Shown: one piece after another, positions 18,668-27,195 of the stretch | Layout of the letters: every line of letters begins with the position of its first letter | How positions within the stretch are numbered: position 1 is the stretch's first letter | Origin: a virus | Lineage: Duplodnaviria > Caudoviricetes | Length of the DNA: 64,000 nt | Reading direction: 5' to 3' (one strand) | Virus record (IMG/VR): IMGVR_UViG_3300037400_003286 | Notes under the pieces: model-generated | Databases searched by the model: none | Seen by the model: the letters and a program-made list of their open reading frames with translations, nothing else | What the model was told of the DNA's origin: nothing | Translations under genes and position numbers: made by a program

Positions 18668-19534
18668 TCAAAGAAAAAATGCAGAGTAACGTTTAAGATA
18701 TTCAAGATATGCCTTTTTATATTCCTCTCCGTTCCTTCTTATTGGTTTATATTGATCTGTCAGAACTGTACCTTTATCGTTAATATAGAAAACCTTCTGG
18801 CAATCCAAGCAGAAGCAATTATCAAACCTCAAAGGTCTGCCAACATTTTGCATCGTGTGACCAAACACCTGGATACAATTTGCAACATTTACATCATTGC
18901 TCATTAATATATCAGTAACATCAGCCCATATAAAACTTGGATGATTACACCAACCACCTCGTGATGTTCCAACCTCTCCTATAATATTTAATATACTTCT
19001 ATCATAAGATAACGCTTTAATATCAGTGTTCTTTATTGTTTTATATGTAAATGCTTTTCTTTCAACATCTTCATCATGATTATCTGGATCACATACACCA
19101 AAAATGTCAGAATGATAAGAGAACCACTGAAAACAAAATCCAGCATGACTGAATATAAAATTATTATTTCCTATTCTTTCACACTTGATATAATCAAACA
19201 AATCAAGATTATTGATAAACAGACCACAGATTTCATCTTTATTGTAATAATCCATTCTGCAACCTCTTCTAGATCCATCGATATAATGGAAATCATGATT
19301 ACCTATAAGAAGAGTTATTCTTTCTGGATATTTTTTCTTTAGCTTTATTATTCTCTTAAATCTTTTTAATGCTGATTCTGGTGTTATTTTTTCTCTAGGG
19401 TAAGGATCAATATAATCACCAAGAAATATTATCTTGGTATCTTCAGAGTTTTCAAGAAAAAGATTAACATCATGCTCATAGAAATCTCTTCCATGAACAT
19501 CTGGTACTATAACATATTTTATATCGTTTGTCAT
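18668..19534 (-). CDS. Calcineurin-like metallophosphoesterase
   Basis: DVHG, GDYID, GNHD, HAG and GHT motifs. Confidence 0.9.
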   Translation of the reverse strand: MTNDIKYVIVPDVHGRDFYEHDVNLFLENSEDTKIIFLGDYIDPYPREKITPESALKRFKRIIKLKKKYPERITLLIGNHDFHYIDGSRRGCRMDYYNKDEICGLFINNLDLFDYIKCERIGNNNFIFSHAGFCFQWFSYHSDIFGVCDPDNHDEDVERKAFTYKTIKNTDIKALSYDRSILNIIGEVGTSRGGWCNHPSFIWADVTDILMSNDVNVANCIQVFGHTMQNVGRPLRFDNCFCLDCQKVFYINDKGTVLTDQYKPIRRNGEEYKKAYLEYLKRYSAFFL

Positions 19535-20010
19535 TAAAATAGTGCCTTTGTTTTTGGCTCTTTATTTTCTTTTGCTTCTTCTGGATAAGGAAATTCCTCG
19601 ATCCTTATATGATGTTTATAATTAAGAATATCTCTCAAGATGTGTCTGTGACAAAAATCAGACGGCTTTTCATAGCATAGAAAAACAATCGCCTGATATT
19701 TATCAGAAAATTCTTCATCCATTGTTTGATACCATTGATCTACATCCTTGTATTGATATGAACAGTTTTTAAAAAATTCATCAAACTGTTCTTCATATCT
19801 TCTTCTATATTCTGATGGATCTATATTTCCAGATTTAATATCGTTAAGCAATTCTTTTGTTGGCGCAAGAAAATTACCTCTTACAAAAAGAAAATTATCT
19901 GGTGCATTATCTTTTAACCACTCTGGACAATACTGAGAAATTCCCACCATCAAATAGTTGGCAGGAATATTCTTCATATTTGCATAATATGATGTATATA
20001 ACTTAATCAT
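19534..20010 (-). CDS. DUF488-like protein
   Basis: LYTSYYA, LAPTKELL and LCYEKPSDFCHRH motifs. Confidence 0.75.
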   Translation of the reverse strand: MIKLYTSYYANMKNIPANYLMVGISQYCPEWLKDNAPDNFLFVRGNFLAPTKELLNDIKSGNIDPSEYRRRYEEQFDEFFKNCSYQYKDVDQWYQTMDEEFSDKYQAIVFLCYEKPSDFCHRHILRDILNYKHHIRIEEFPYPEEAKENKEPKTKALF

Positions 20011-20185
20011 GTATGTCTATTAAAAATTCATCAAGTTTCCCATTCCAGAAACCCTGTTCTTCACAATAATTCTTGAACTCCTGTAATGCATCTTCTGCAC
20101 CAGCTTTATATACAACTCGATCGATCAATGTCGATTCATCATTTCCTGGAAACTTATTCTCAACTAATTCATTAATTGTTTTCAT
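20003..20185 (-). CDS. Small hypothetical protein
   Basis: 60-aa ORF, tightly packed in operon. Confidence 0.55.
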   Translation of the reverse strand: MKTINELVENKFPGNDESTLIDRVVYKAGAEDALQEFKNYCEEQGFWNGKLDEFLIDIHD

Positions 20186-20187
20186 AT

Positions 20188-21552
20188 TTAAAATAAACTT
20201 GGTGTATATGTAAGTGTCGGAGGAATTTCAAAATATCCCATAGCAACAACTATACGATTCAACGGACTTAATAACATCTTCTCAAACTGAATATCAATAT
20301 CGATTGCTGGCGCAAATTCAATTGGGAAAGAATCAGGAACAAAGCCGAACACTGTATCTTCACCAGTATAATAGAATCTTACCTTTTCTCCAGACTTTAA
20401 TAGTGAATACTTACTCTTGTATTTCTTTCCCTTGTTGAACAGCATATTGTTATAAACTGCTGCCGCCCTAACATGGATAGGAATAGGAAGCTTATCGTTT
20501 GTCAGATATTCATTACCGTTCTCATCAACCTTTGTCTTAAACTGGAAATATTCAATTTCTGGTGTCTTGTCGTTCTTGACAAAATTCTCATAGTTTGATA
20601 TTCCTTTTGTAATGGAAATATCATTAGGATTCTGCATTACGAAACGTTTCTTGATTTCCTTCAGCTTTGATACTATCTCACTAAGTGTTGGTTTTCTTCC
20701 AGTATTCAGAATACCCATTACATAATTGACGAAAGTCTTCATTTCCTCACGACAATAGTCTGTAGTCGTTCCCTTGACAACATCGAAACCAGTATATGTA
20801 ATATGTTCAAGAGGTTCAAATCTTGCACCAGAATCGATCCATTCAACATCACACATATAATTCTTCTTTGCAAGCATGATGATTGTACGGGAAATCTTCT
20901 CAAGTTCAAACTTCTCGAAGTTGTTCTTACAGTGATTTCTTTCAGCATAATTATCGAACTTGTCATCCATATATGATTCAAGAATCTCCTCATAGAAAGC
21001 AAGGTCAAATTCAAGCTGTTGATCCTCTGGAATATAACAAGCATCAATCAAAGGCTGAAGTGTAATATATGCAGAATTATGAACAAGTATGTCATTTGCA
21101 AAGAACGTATGGGTGTCATCACCCATTTCAATGTCATACACATATTCATTATCATACTCACCTGTACATAAGCATGATACGACTTTATCGGATCCTTCAA
21201 CAATATCACCATACATTACTTCCAATGATAATACATAATCATCTGGATGTATCTCGCAAGGTTTAACTTTATATAGTTTATTGTCTCTCAAAACCATCAT
21301 AGAATGATCATTGGTAACTGTAACAGAATGACCGAATCTCGTTGTTATAGTCCACTTTGGTTTTGATACCTTATGGCGAATTATACGCTTTACGTCACCA
21401 TAGTATAATTGAGAAATGTTTGTAAGGGTCGATCCTTTGAAATTCAATACCTTATCATCAGTATAAACAGATTCATGTCCAGCAAGTGTGGACTCTCCTT
21501 TATTAGATGAACGTATCTTTCTTATTGATACTATTTTTTCAAATTGACTCAT
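20188..21552 (-). CDS. polB: Split-intein C fragment fused to the PolB C-terminal extein (palm/thumb)
   Basis: TNDH block B, VYDIE...FFANDILVHN then SAY; followed by FELE, AKKNY, GFDVVK and PIHVRAA of gp43-like polymerases. Confidence 0.92.
   Translation of the reverse strand: MSQFEKIVSIRKIRSSNKGESTLAGHESVYTDDKVLNFKGSTLTNISQLYYGDVKRIIRHKVSKPKWTITTRFGHSVTVTNDHSMMVLRDNKLYKVKPCEIHPDDYVLSLEVMYGDIVEGSDKVVSCLCTGEYDNEYVYDIEMGDDTHTFFANDILVHNSAYITLQPLIDACYIPEDQQLEFDLAFYEEILESYMDDKFDNYAERNHCKNNFEKFELEKISRTIIMLAKKNYMCDVEWIDSGARFEPLEHITYTGFDVVKGTTTDYCREEMKTFVNYVMGILNTGRKPTLSEIVSKLKEIKKRFVMQNPNDISITKGISNYENFVKNDKTPEIEYFQFKTKVDENGNEYLTNDKLPIPIHVRAAAVYNNMLFNKGKKYKSKYSLLKSGEKVRFYYTGEDTVFGFVPDSFPIEFAPAIDIDIQFEKMLLSPLNRIVVAMGYFEIPPTLTYTPSLF
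21076..21552 (-). mobile_element. IntC of split intein 2 (159 aa; blocks B, F and G; Ser+1)
   Basis: RHKV, TxxH and terminal HN followed by S. Confidence 0.9.
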
Positions 21553-22723
21553 TATTTATATATTTTTTAATCTCAGATAAAATACTATTTCTAACCTTTC
21601 TCTTATTATGTTTATAGTCATCCTCCCAAACAGTTATAATTTTGACACCTATAGTGTCTTTTATATCATTTTCTCTCTGTTTTTCAGATTCCCATATATC
21701 TCCAACGATTCTACCGTTTTGTTCATATAACCCATCAAAAATATCAGTTTCTTTATATACTCCTGGTTTTGGATGAAATTTTATACCATTAAACTCTATA
21801 CATATATTTAAAGTCTTATCATAAAAATCTAAATAATATAAATGATTATTTTTTGTATAAACCTCATATTCATAATTATATTCAGCAAAATATATATCAT
21901 GATCTTTAAATATATCATCTGTTATCAAAGACTTAAACAATTCTTGAGAAATAATAGAATACGATTTGTTTATATATCTGGCATTATTGAAATTATTCCA
22001 TTTATTTAATCCTTCTTCTTCACCATATGTAGTTATAAAATATTCTCTTGTATTACTATAAGCCTCTTTCTCTCTATATTTGTTCCATTTTTCAAGACCT
22101 TCCTTCTCACCATATCTTTTTATAAAATTATCAAGAGTACACGATCTACTTTTATTATAATTATCAAATTCCTCTTCAGTCATTCCATATTTTTCATGCT
22201 TATATTCATATGTGTTTGTTATTCTCTGCTTTTCCAGATAAATATCCCATCTTTTTTGCCCTTCTTCTTCACCATATTTTTTAATAAATGATTCCAAAGA
22301 ACGTATACACAATTCATTATTTTTTTGATTTATTTCTTCCTCTGGAATATCAAATGCATATTGTGCATATATTGTTGGTCTATTAAAAACCCTAGATTTA
22401 TTTTTTATATCAATCCATTCTTTAAAATGTTTTGACATGCATTTTTCACAAACACATAATTTATAAACCTTTCCATTTATCTCTTTTGTTGATATTGGTG
22501 ATGTACCCATATAAACTTTTGGATAATCTTGATACGCTCCTCTAAACCCAACATTCTCATAATACAGTTCACCGCCACAATATTTACACATATTCCTATT
22601 TTCATATATAGGATTATCTTTTAACAAATCTGCAAATTTTTCATATGATTTATTATTATTAAAATCTTCACATCTTTGTTTATTATAATAATTAACTTTT
22701 TTCCCTGATAATACGTCTGGCAT
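21539..22723 (-). CDS. Free-standing homing endonuclease (Zn finger, YGEEEG repeats, Vsr/DUF559-like PD-(D/E)XK domain)
   Basis: CKYC...CVCEKC; KKYGEEEG-type repeats; YLDFY...CIEFNGIKFH...TVWEDD; AT-rich; lies between the split-intein halves. Confidence 0.8.
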   Translation of the reverse strand: MPDVLSGKKVNYYNKQRCEDFNNNKSYEKFADLLKDNPIYENRNMCKYCGGELYYENVGFRGAYQDYPKVYMGTSPISTKEINGKVYKLCVCEKCMSKHFKEWIDIKNKSRVFNRPTIYAQYAFDIPEEEINQKNNELCIRSLESFIKKYGEEEGQKRWDIYLEKQRITNTYEYKHEKYGMTEEEFDNYNKSRSCTLDNFIKRYGEKEGLEKWNKYREKEAYSNTREYFITTYGEEEGLNKWNNFNNARYINKSYSIISQELFKSLITDDIFKDHDIYFAEYNYEYEVYTKNNHLYYLDFYDKTLNICIEFNGIKFHPKPGVYKETDIFDGLYEQNGRIVGDIWESEKQRENDIKDTIGVKIITVWEDDYKHNKRKVRNSILSEIKKYINNESI

Positions 22724-22794
22724 AATAAATTATAAATAGTTTTATTTATTATATTTATTTACAATTTTATGGTGGCTCCTGCATATTTTTGTAA

Positions 22795-23910
22795 TTAAGT
22801 AAAAATTTCATCGTTATATAATATATCATCAGGATATACATAGATGATTTTATCCGATCTTTTTACTTTAACTTTATCGTTCTTATTATATCGTATAATT
22901 TTTCCAGATTCTGTTTTTATTTCAAAAACATCTTTTTCAGAATTTTCTTCATAAAAATCTTCTATAGTAATACCATCAACATGTTTCTTTGTACGAATAA
23001 TAGTATCTTTTGAAACAGAGTCTGTATTATGAACAAGAATACCGTTTGCAAAGAAATTATGATAATTATCTGTATCAGAATCCACTTCAATATCGTAAAC
23101 ATACGCAACATTTCTATTTGATACACACTCTACAGAAAATCCAGAAACACAAATAAGATCATTTTCACCTTTCAAAAATAAAAATGTATCTTTATCTATA
23201 TCATCAGGTTTAACTTCCTTAAAATTAGTATCATAATATTTTAATAAAGAATGATCTTCTGTACAAACAACATAAGTATCATCATTAAACACTTTATATA
23301 ATCTTTTGTTTACTTTGTGTCGCATAACATACTTTATTGGCTTCTTGTCAATCTTTCCAGTAATTAAATCGACACAATATATGCTTCTGTTAGATTTTAC
23401 ACGTTCTTTACCAAACTGATCGATCTCTATATCTGTTCCTTCATTGAAAAGATCTGCAATCATCATAAAAGAATCATCCGAAAGTGTTATCAAACTATCA
23501 CCAACAACGGAATCACCATATACCTGAACGGTGTCTAATTTGATCGTATTATTTTTAGCACACTCAAGGAATTGATCATATTTGAATGCATCACCGAATA
23601 TGTTTCTCAATCTATCAGCGATACGTTTATGACCCTCATAGTCCTGGTTCCAATGATTGTTTATATAATCATTGATTTCAATAACCGAAAACTTAATCAG
23701 ATCCTGTCCCTGAAGAGTAATAGACTCTGCAATGTCTGAATCAGCAAGGTTAAAGAATGCCGTACCGAACACACCATATACACTATTAATAAACGTCTTT
23801 GCGGACAACTGCATAGTGTTATAGTATTCCTCTTCGTTCTCAAGATGATCGATCCTCGATTTAAGCTCTTCAATCGAACAAGTTTCTGGATTAAAATTCT
23901 GTTCTTCCAT
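22795..23910 (-). CDS. polB: PolB middle piece (fingers motif B to YGD), cis mini-intein 1, TD, and IntN of split intein 2
   Basis: QLSAKTFINSVYG, ESITLQGQ, YGD|SVVGDS...VHN|TD|SVSKDT. Confidence 0.92.
   Translation of the reverse strand: MEEQNFNPETCSIEELKSRIDHLENEEEYYNTMQLSAKTFINSVYGVFGTAFFNLADSDIAESITLQGQDLIKFSVIEINDYINNHWNQDYEGHKRIADRLRNIFGDAFKYDQFLECAKNNTIKLDTVQVYGDSVVGDSLITLSDDSFMMIADLFNEGTDIEIDQFGKERVKSNRSIYCVDLITGKIDKKPIKYVMRHKVNKRLYKVFNDDTYVVCTEDHSLLKYYDTNFKEVKPDDIDKDTFLFLKGENDLICVSGFSVECVSNRNVAYVYDIEVDSDTDNYHNFFANGILVHNTDSVSKDTIIRTKKHVDGITIEDFYEENSEKDVFEIKTESGKIIRYNKNDKVKVKRSDKIIYVYPDDILYNDEIFT
22798..23019 (-). mobile_element. IntN of split intein 2 (74 aa, Ser1)
   Basis: Block A SVSKDTIIRT directly after the extein TD; no TxxH. 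Confidence 0.85.
23026..23511 (-). mobile_element. Mini-intein 1 (162 aa, Ser1/Thr+1, no endonuclease)
   Basis: SVVGDSLI, RHKV, TEDH, VYDIEV and FFANGILVHN followed by T. Confidence 0.92.
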
Positions 23911-23935
23911 TTTATATGTTTATATTATACCTCTT

Positions 23936-23952
23936 TTGCAAATATACAACTT
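23936..23952 (-). promoter_or_regulatory. Early Bacteroidota-type promoter
   Basis: 17-mer copy upstream of the second polymerase locus. Confidence 0.85.
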
Positions 23953-23992
23953 TTTATTTAACAATGAAAAAGTTTTGGCGAAAAACCAAAAC

Positions 23993-24940
23993 TTAATCAA
24001 ATTTACTTTTTTGTTTCATCACTCCATCGTAGATTCCGTTTTTCTTCATTTCGTCTACTATCATCTGTGATAGTTCTGCGATCTGAGGATGAGGCTTTCC
24101 AGTCTTTCCGAACAATCTCAAGTCAAGGAAAAATCTCCAATCTGATTCATATCCAGTTATACATAACTCTGTTTTCAGGCAAAGAGGAAATACAGCCCTT
24201 GCTTGCTGTGGAGTAAGCGGATTATCCTTGAAACCAGTCTTGAAACGAGCATCTGGTTTTCTTTCATCCCATTTACCACGCAATGCGAAATATACATCCT
24301 CTGTATCTTTCATCAATTGCATGAATGCTTCCTGCTGCTGTAATGTTGCATTTGGGAACCAGTCTGGCATAATATACGCAATATCTGTTCCGTATTTCTC
24401 ATTTGAATAATCAACAAATCTTGTACTCTCCTGAGCAAACGAAAAAGCACGATGTCTTACAGCCTCGTTTGCAATAGCCCTGTCTGTAATCAATCTAAAC
24501 GTATAACGCTTCTCGTGCATATCTGTCGGTTCACACCAGAATTTCAAGTCATCAAGTCTGTTGTTCTCTACAAGCACACGAAGATTTGTAGTCACATATA
24601 CACAATCTTTATCATACTTACATTTTGAATACTTGTTTGTCGAATAAAAATCAAGTTCACACTCATACTCAACCAATTCAATATTGTTCTCGTATTCAAA
24701 ATTCCTATAACACTTGAGATAAACAGCACAGCTTTCAAGCATAGCTGTATGATGAGATTTGATCATTCTTTCCACAAAAGCTTTGGCTCCTTCAAATGTT
24801 CCATCACACTTAGCCTCGCTTTTATAACATGTCCTGGCTGTCTTTTCAATTAATTTATAAACACCCTCAACCCCAGGATCCTGTTTAAGATATTCAGCTT
24901 TCTGTTCTAATAAAATCATAAAACTAACTTTATTTTTCAA
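23993..24940 (-). CDS. thyX: FAD-dependent thymidylate synthase
   Basis: ARTCYKS, RHRAFSFAQESTR ThyX motif, ARAVFP and HPQI. Confidence 0.92.
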   Translation of the reverse strand: MKNKVSFMILLEQKAEYLKQDPGVEGVYKLIEKTARTCYKSEAKCDGTFEGAKAFVERMIKSHHTAMLESCAVYLKCYRNFEYENNIELVEYECELDFYSTNKYSKCKYDKDCVYVTTNLRVLVENNRLDDLKFWCEPTDMHEKRYTFRLITDRAIANEAVRHRAFSFAQESTRFVDYSNEKYGTDIAYIMPDWFPNATLQQQEAFMQLMKDTEDVYFALRGKWDERKPDARFKTGFKDNPLTPQQARAVFPLCLKTELCITGYESDWRFFLDLRLFGKTGKPHPQIAELSQMIVDEMKKNGIYDGVMKQKSKFD

Positions 24941-25187
24941 ATTTAATAAGATCGATCACATTTGAAACCTTTACATCTTGATTTTCATCAACAAGCTGCT
25001 TCAGGTACTTCTTAATGTCCCATACAGCCTCAGCATAACCGTTATTAAGTCCAGTTATTACACCGTCAGTGTAGGCTTGCTTACCAGGGCAGTCTTTGTA
25101 TGCTTCTACCCATCCGTTATTCTCTTGAATATCAAATTGATTTTTTACACTTTCCTTCTGATGTGAATCGATAATAAATTTATTCAT
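24930..25187 (-). CDS. Hypothetical protein
   Basis: 85-aa ORF in operon. Confidence 0.6.
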   Translation of the reverse strand: MNKFIIDSHQKESVKNQFDIQENNGWVEAYKDCPGKQAYTDGVITGLNNGYAEAVWDIKKYLKQLVDENQDVKVSNVIDLIKFEK

Positions 25188-25199
25188 GTATGTAATTAT

Positions 25200-26093
25200 T
25201 TAATTGTGAATTAAGACTTCTTCTACGTTACCTCTCTTAGATCCTACAGAGTTTATAATTCTCTTTGCGCTGATCGTATCTATGATATATCCATCGTATA
25301 GAACATCAAAGTAATCTCCGCATTTTGAATTGCTTAACAGAAACTTACCGCCATTATGAACAATTCTATCACAGAACTTTTTCAGGTTAACCTGTTCCTG
25401 ATCATCAAAAGAATCTTTTGTATATGACGTAAACGATGCTGTTTGACTAACAGGTTTGTATGGAGGATCGAAATAATATATTATATCAGATTTCTCCATC
25501 TTAGCAATATCAAGTATAACATCAGTCCTTCTATAGTCACCAGTCATAAACGTAACCTTGCTCCCTAATGCAATATGACATTTATCAAGTTCGTCTTCAT
25601 TAAAGATATAGATGTGTTCCTTCTGTCCCCAGGGAACATTAAATTCACCCTTCTGGTTTACTCTATACAAGCCATTGAACCCACACTTATTAAGGAAAAT
25701 AAATGCAGCAGCACCCCACGCATCAGACATAGGAAGTTCACCTTTTATCCAGTGATTATACTGATACCTGTAAAGAATGTACTTTTCCTTCTTCATAGGA
25801 TCATTATTATATGCTGTCTGGATCTGATATAGATGTTCTTTGAACTCAAGATATTTCTGATCATCAGCGATAACTTTATATACGTTCATAAGCTGTTCGT
25901 TTGCATCATTGATGACAGCATACTTCATATTTGAACACGTTTCAAGTAGGTGGAACAATACAGATCCACCACCAACGAATGGTTCAACGTATATAAATTC
26001 TTTTGAATTCTGTCGAAGATCTCCAATCTTCTCGTCTATGATATTAATTAACTGCGATTTACCGCCAGCCCACTTTACAAAAGGCTTCGCCAT
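25200..26093 (-). CDS. dam: DNA adenine methyltransferase (Dam family)
   Basis: KWAGGK, EPFVGGGSV, FNGLYRVN and DPPY motifs. Confidence 0.93.
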   Translation of the reverse strand: MAKPFVKWAGGKSQLINIIDEKIGDLRQNSKEFIYVEPFVGGGSVLFHLLETCSNMKYAVINDANEQLMNVYKVIADDQKYLEFKEHLYQIQTAYNNDPMKKEKYILYRYQYNHWIKGELPMSDAWGAAAFIFLNKCGFNGLYRVNQKGEFNVPWGQKEHIYIFNEDELDKCHIALGSKVTFMTGDYRRTDVILDIAKMEKSDIIYYFDPPYKPVSQTASFTSYTKDSFDDQEQVNLKKFCDRIVHNGGKFLLSNSKCGDYFDVLYDGYIIDTISAKRIINSVGSKRGNVEEVLIHN

Positions 26094-26125
26094 GTGTTTC
26101 TTTTCTGTTTCATTTTAATTATATC

Positions 26126-26162
26126 TATATTATTATACGTGTTTTTAACGTAAATGATTAAA
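26126..26162 (-). promoter_or_regulatory. Middle-type promoter TTTAAT-N19-TATAATAATATA
   Basis: Conserved 14-mer and spacing. Confidence 0.75.
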
Positions 26163-26172
26163 TATATTCTTA

Positions 26173-26189
26173 TTGCAAATATACAACTT
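26173..26189 (-). promoter_or_regulatory. Early Bacteroidota-type promoter
   Basis: 17-mer copy. Confidence 0.85.
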
Positions 26190-26229
26190 TTTACTGGATA
26201 TTGAAAGGATATTTGATATTTTATTTAAA

Positions 26230-26312
26230 TTACATCCGATCGGATATAAAATAAACCCGAAAGGGTATAATTACATTAGATCGAATGTAAAATATACCTG
26301 TTCGGGTATAAA
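26230..26312. repeat. Four tandem imperfect 20-21 bp palindromes (consensus about TTATACCCGATCGGGTATAA)
   Basis: ttacatccgatcggatataaa / ataaacccgaaagggtataa / ttacattagatcgaatgtaaa / atatacctgttcgggtataaa. Confidence 0.8.
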
Positions 26313-26314
26313 AT

Positions 26315-26349
26315 AAAAACCTCCTTACCAAACGGAAAGGAGGAAAAAA
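26315..26349 (-). terminator. Intrinsic terminator
   Basis: CCTCCTT...AAGGAGG hairpin; U-tract follows on the minus strand. Confidence 0.75.
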
Positions 26350-26439
26350 TATACATTATTAATCTATGAAAAAGTATTATCAGCGTCATCACGACGCAGT
26401 ACCATGAAAAACACATATGCAACGTTTCACAACGTGGCT
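26315..26439 (-). ncRNA. Candidate structured small RNA or 3' UTR (two GUGA-loop hairpins, each followed by UUUUUCAU)
   Basis: ACGUU-GUGA-AACGU and GCGUC-GUGAU-GACGC hairpins, a repeated 8-mer and a terminator. Confidence 0.4.
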
Positions 26440-27195
26440 CTATTCTAAACTATTTATTTCAATTGTAAGTGGCTCATATGCAATTCTGTAATTCTCATCT
26501 TTCATGCTTACATTAGCAACCTGTATTCCGTTGTAATTTTCAAGATGATGGTTTCCAGAATGAATATGACCAACAAACCAATATCTTATAAACTTATTCT
26601 GAATTGCTTCTGTAAGTTCTATTGATCCATACTCAGGCTGATTAGGAAGCTGCAAAGAAACACCAGTATCGTTTACGAATTTTCCTGGACTGTGAGTCAA
26701 AAGAATATCAACCTTGTCTGGTATCTCTGCAAAAGACTCTTTCAATCCTTCTGAACTTTTATAGAATGCCCAATTACTTAAAACTGGTATGTGTGGTGTT
26801 CCGTAAAATGTGATTCCTTCATATTCATATGATGTATCCTGAAGGTATACAATCTTTCCTGGAAAATCAAGATTGTCTTCAACCATGTCAGTGAAATCCT
26901 CATATTGCAATTTATGATTGGACCAACGTGGTGTTCCAACCTTTTCCATATAATCATTGAACATTTTCTGGAAAACAAAATCGTGATTTCCAGCGATAAT
27001 AATCACCTTCTCACAATCAAGTTTCTCACACCAATTAACGAAACGCCCAGCCAGCCAAGCTACACTCTTAGTATAATTTCTCTGAATCTCAAGCGGAACA
27101 ATATCGCCACAGATACAAAGGACATCACAAGGATCTATAATTGGAAGATCCCCGTGAATATCCGATATTGCTGTTATTTTAAGTTTCTTAATCAC
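26440..27195 (-). CDS. Metallophosphoesterase
   Basis: SDIHG, CGD, GNHD, THSP and GHIH motifs. Confidence 0.9.
   Translation of the reverse strand: MIKKLKITAISDIHGDLPIIDPCDVLCICGDIVPLEIQRNYTKSVAWLAGRFVNWCEKLDCEKVIIIAGNHDFVFQKMFNDYMEKVGTPRWSNHKLQYEDFTDMVEDNLDFPGKIVYLQDTSYEYEGITFYGTPHIPVLSNWAFYKSSEGLKESFAEIPDKVDILLTHSPGKFVNDTGVSLQLPNQPEYGSIELTEAIQNKFIRYWFVGHIHSGNHHLENYNGIQVANVSMKDENYRIAYEPLTIEINSLE

Noticed and set aside
21539-22794. Group I intron carrying the endonuclease
   Set aside because: Only about 70 nt is non-coding, the nuclease ORF overlaps the next start, and I see no P/Q/R/S core. The flanks read as intein-like protein. Not fully excluded without RT-PCR.
26230-26312. CRISPR array
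   Set aside because: The palindromic units are contiguous, degenerate and have no spacers, and no cas genes are adjacent.
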